Part shown: positions 61,122-64,000 of the stretch, piece after piece | Layout of the letters: every line of letters starts with the position of its first letter | Numbering within the stretch: the stretch's first letter is position 1 | The notes under the pieces: model-generated | Databases searched by the model: none | The model's input: only the letters and a program-made list of their open reading frames with translations | Told to the model about the DNA's origin: nothing | Position numbers and translations under genes: made by a program | Source: Octopus vulgaris | Lineage: Eukaryota | Reading direction: 5' to 3' | Length of the DNA stretch: 64,000 nt | NCBI GenBank assembly: GCA_951406725.2 | Contig: OX597816.1 | Span: 91,016,001-91,080,000 of the forward strand

Positions 61122-61882
61122 CATATATGTATGTATAAATATATACATGCGCGCGGGCGCAAACACACATGTATGTACGTATGCATAGTCTCATACATTT
61201 TTATAATTATCTCTGAATTGTTTTTAATCATTAAAAATATATCATATCAGTTACACATCTTCCAAGCTGGGATAGTTTTCGTTCAAAGCTATTGAAAAAG
61301 ATGAAATAGAATTCAAGTGGTTTCTGTCTTAATTACAAAATTTTGGCGTGGTGACTCTAAGGGTTTCAAAATTGTAGTTTTATTATATCTCTTTATAGAA
61401 CTTATTCCGAAAGGAAGGGCTCTTGATCGAAGTGCTGCACTAAGCTTTGAAAGTATATACTTAATGATCGTCCTAATGTTCAAATGATGCTCTCCCAAAG
61501 CATAACTGTATTCACTATCCAAGTTCACATTACTGTTATATAATCTTAGAAATATTGCTAAGTATATGATAGACGGAAGCTTTCTAAACACCAATTTTTT
61601 TTATACAGTTCGTGAACTAGAATAATCGATTCGCTGAGAAATTATTTTAGCGTGTTCGAATGCAAGCCAGCCTGGCGACCCCCGTTCATCATTTGGTCAG
61701 ATGCAGTAGGTATAATAATTACATTAAAAAAAAGAAAGAAATGGAATTATTTTATCAGAACACAAGCTCTGTACCTGATTTAGCTCTAGATGCTATTCTA
61801 CGGGGTTGGTGCAAGAAATATTTACAAGCCCAGCAATACCTATTCCTGACAAAGTAGAACGATTTCAATTTATATATACCGC

Positions 61883-62105
61883 AGGCAAAGACGGTGAGCT
61901 GGCAGAAAGAATCATTATCACGCAGGACAAAATGCTTAGTTGCCTTTCTTTAGGCTTTACGGTCTTACTTCAAATTCTGCCAAGGTCGACTTTGCCTTTC
62001 ATGCTTTCCAGGTCGATAAGGTTTATACTAGCTGAGCACTGGAGTCGATGTAATTGACTAACCTCCTCCACTTACATTTCAGTCCTTGTGCCTTTAGTAG
62101 AAAGA
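61883..62105 (+). mobile_element. SINE with a Nin/Deu-like central domain (related copies about 10040-10190 -, 17590-17710 +, 33080-33170 -)
   Basis: TTCAAATTCTGCCAAGGTCGACTTTGCCTTTCATGCTTTCCAGGTCGATAAG core downstream of a tRNA-like head. Confidence 0.55.
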
Positions 62106-62129
62106 ATATATATATATATATGTATTTTA

Positions 62130-64000
62130 TCGACCTGGAAAGATTCGTGGAAAGGTTCAGATCACGATTAAGGAAGACCCTATTCTTGAGACGTCCAAAA
62201 GCGGAGGAGGCAAGGTGAATTTCTTGGTGTTCTTTAGCTGGTTGTCTTGGATCGAAAGAGTTACAGGGGGTCAACAATTTTTGGAGCATTGAAGGATTTC
62301 TGTTTTCTTGGTGTTGACTTGGAGCTCGGCCCGACGATAGGCGTTGAAAACAACGTCTAGATTTTGCTGAAGGCTGGCTGGTTCGTGGGCGAGAGCTTCG
62401 CAGTCATCGGCATACTGTACTTCGAAGAGAGTAGTGGACTGAGTGTTTGATAGTGATTTTAGTTGAAGAGACTGCCATCGTGGTGATATCAAAGTGGGAT
62501 ACCATCTTCAGGGTTGAGGTCGTAGCGAGATAGTAAGATCACAGCCTCAAGGAACACACTGAAGAGGACAGGGGCCAGGATACAGCCTTGTTTAATACCG
62601 ACTTGAACGTTGAAGTAGTCAGACTGATCACCACCCAATGTCACAGTGCTTGTATGCCGTCATAGAATTTCCGTAGCATGGCAAGAAACTTAGGAGGGCA
62701 TCCATACCTCTGCATAGTAGTGGGCGGTTAATAGTACCAAAAGCCTTAGGTCAATAAAGGCATACGAGGCATCACACTGCTGTTCTCGGCACTTCTCTAA
62801 CAGGAGGCGGGAGACGAAGACTGTTGATAGCGCTACTGTTAGCTCTAAAACCGCATTGAGATTCTGGGAGGATTCCTTCAACGAAGTGGCCAAGAAGTCG
62901 AGAGAACAGGACGCACGCGTGCCAGGACCTTTCCTGCAACATTCAGGAGTGAAATACCTCTGCTGTTGTTGCTGTCTGACCGGTCTCTCTTCTTCATGAA
63001 GATGGTAATTATGTCTTCATGTTTCCAGCTTTGAGGGATCAAGACACTTTTTCAACAGTAGAGAATAATCTGTTGAAGACGCTGGACAAGAGCAGGGCTA
63101 CCATATTTATAGATCTCCCCCAACATACCATCTGATCCAGGTGATTTCCTGTTTTTTTTAAGTAGGAGAGAGCTGTACGGATTTCCACGAGGGAGGGTTC
63201 TGTATCCAGCTCAGGGAGAGGAGGGAGATGAGGGAGCTCATCAATCAGTGTGGGATTTACCTTGTTCAACAAGGAGTTGAAGTGTTCTGCCCATCTGTCA
63301 CGGATTTGGGTCTTTTCCTTGTAGATAGTGTTGCCGTCTGAAGATCGTATCGGATTGATATAATTGGAGGACGGACAGTACATGGATTTGGTTGCAGTGT
63401 AGAACTTGTGGATCTTATTTTCATCCGCAAAGTATTGAATTTCTGCAGCTTTGTTCTTCCACCCAGTGTTCTGAATCTGCCTAAGTCTGCTCTGGTATTC
63501 TGAGCGAAGATCTTTCCAGTTCTGGAGGTGTGCGTTGGACCTGCTCTAGAGGTAGGCATCACGATCCCGGTTTTAACTTCTGAGAAGAGGGAGGATCTCA
63601 TCAGCAGATTCATCAAACCAGTTAGGATTGCGACATCTAGTGCGTCCTAGTTGTTCGGTTGCGACCGAGGAGATCAGGGAGATATGTTTATCCCAAATAT
63701 CATCCAGCTCCTCTTGGTTTACCGAGGTAGGATCGGGGAGTGGGAGAGTATCCAGTTTGATGGCAAGCCGATCTTGAAAGAGGCCACGATTCTCAGGATC
63801 ATACAGTTTCGTGGTGTTCAGTCGTTTTGATGCTGTCGACTTTAGGCTGGGTGTCGAATGTTGATTCTAAGCTTGGAGCGGATAAGGTTGTAGTCCGTCC
63901 AGCAATCTGCTCCACGCATTACGCGAGTATCTAAGACATCGCCCATGTCTTGACAACGGACAATGATAATTTCTAGGAGATGCCACTTTTTCGAACGCGG
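62130..64000 (-). mobile_element. Older decayed RTE LINE (APE C-terminus, linker, RT); runs off the window
   Basis: KKWHLLEII...TRVMRGADCWTDYNL, IRDRWAEHFNSLLN, GIKQGCILAP, QYADDC, ASSAFGRLKNRV motifs with many frameshifts. Confidence 0.88.

Overview
AT-rich, microsatellite-dense animal genomic DNA. The SINE/LINE repertoire points to a cephalopod, most likely an octopus; this is inferred from repeat content, not from a search. Only one host gene is recognisable: an intronless F-box/LRR gene, FBXL14/Ppa (5717-7720, +), with a long low-complexity N-terminus. The rest is mostly decayed mobile DNA. DNA transposons include two full-length decayed mariners, maT, Tigger, hAT and piggyBac derivatives, and a Mutator-like element inserted in a mariner end. 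Retroelements include a Gypsy remnant, R4/Dong, CR1/L2, RTE, Tx1/L1-like and Penelope elements, plus many tRNA-derived SINEs. The most interesting signals are: (i) an intact ORF1-only (Half-L1-like) Tx1 derivative sitting head-to-tail with a Tx1 element and sharing a 3' hairpin tail with other Tx1-like ends; (ii) a canonical Penelope hammerhead ribozyme plus hammerhead-shaped motifs with a non-canonical core; (iii) RTE elements embedded in (TATG)n, with a conserved structured leader and a decayed HDV-like motif; (iv) a CpG-poor domain extending about 18 kb downstream of FBXL14. I found no convincing novel multi-gene system. All structures and alignments were read by eye and coordinates of decayed repeats are approximate.
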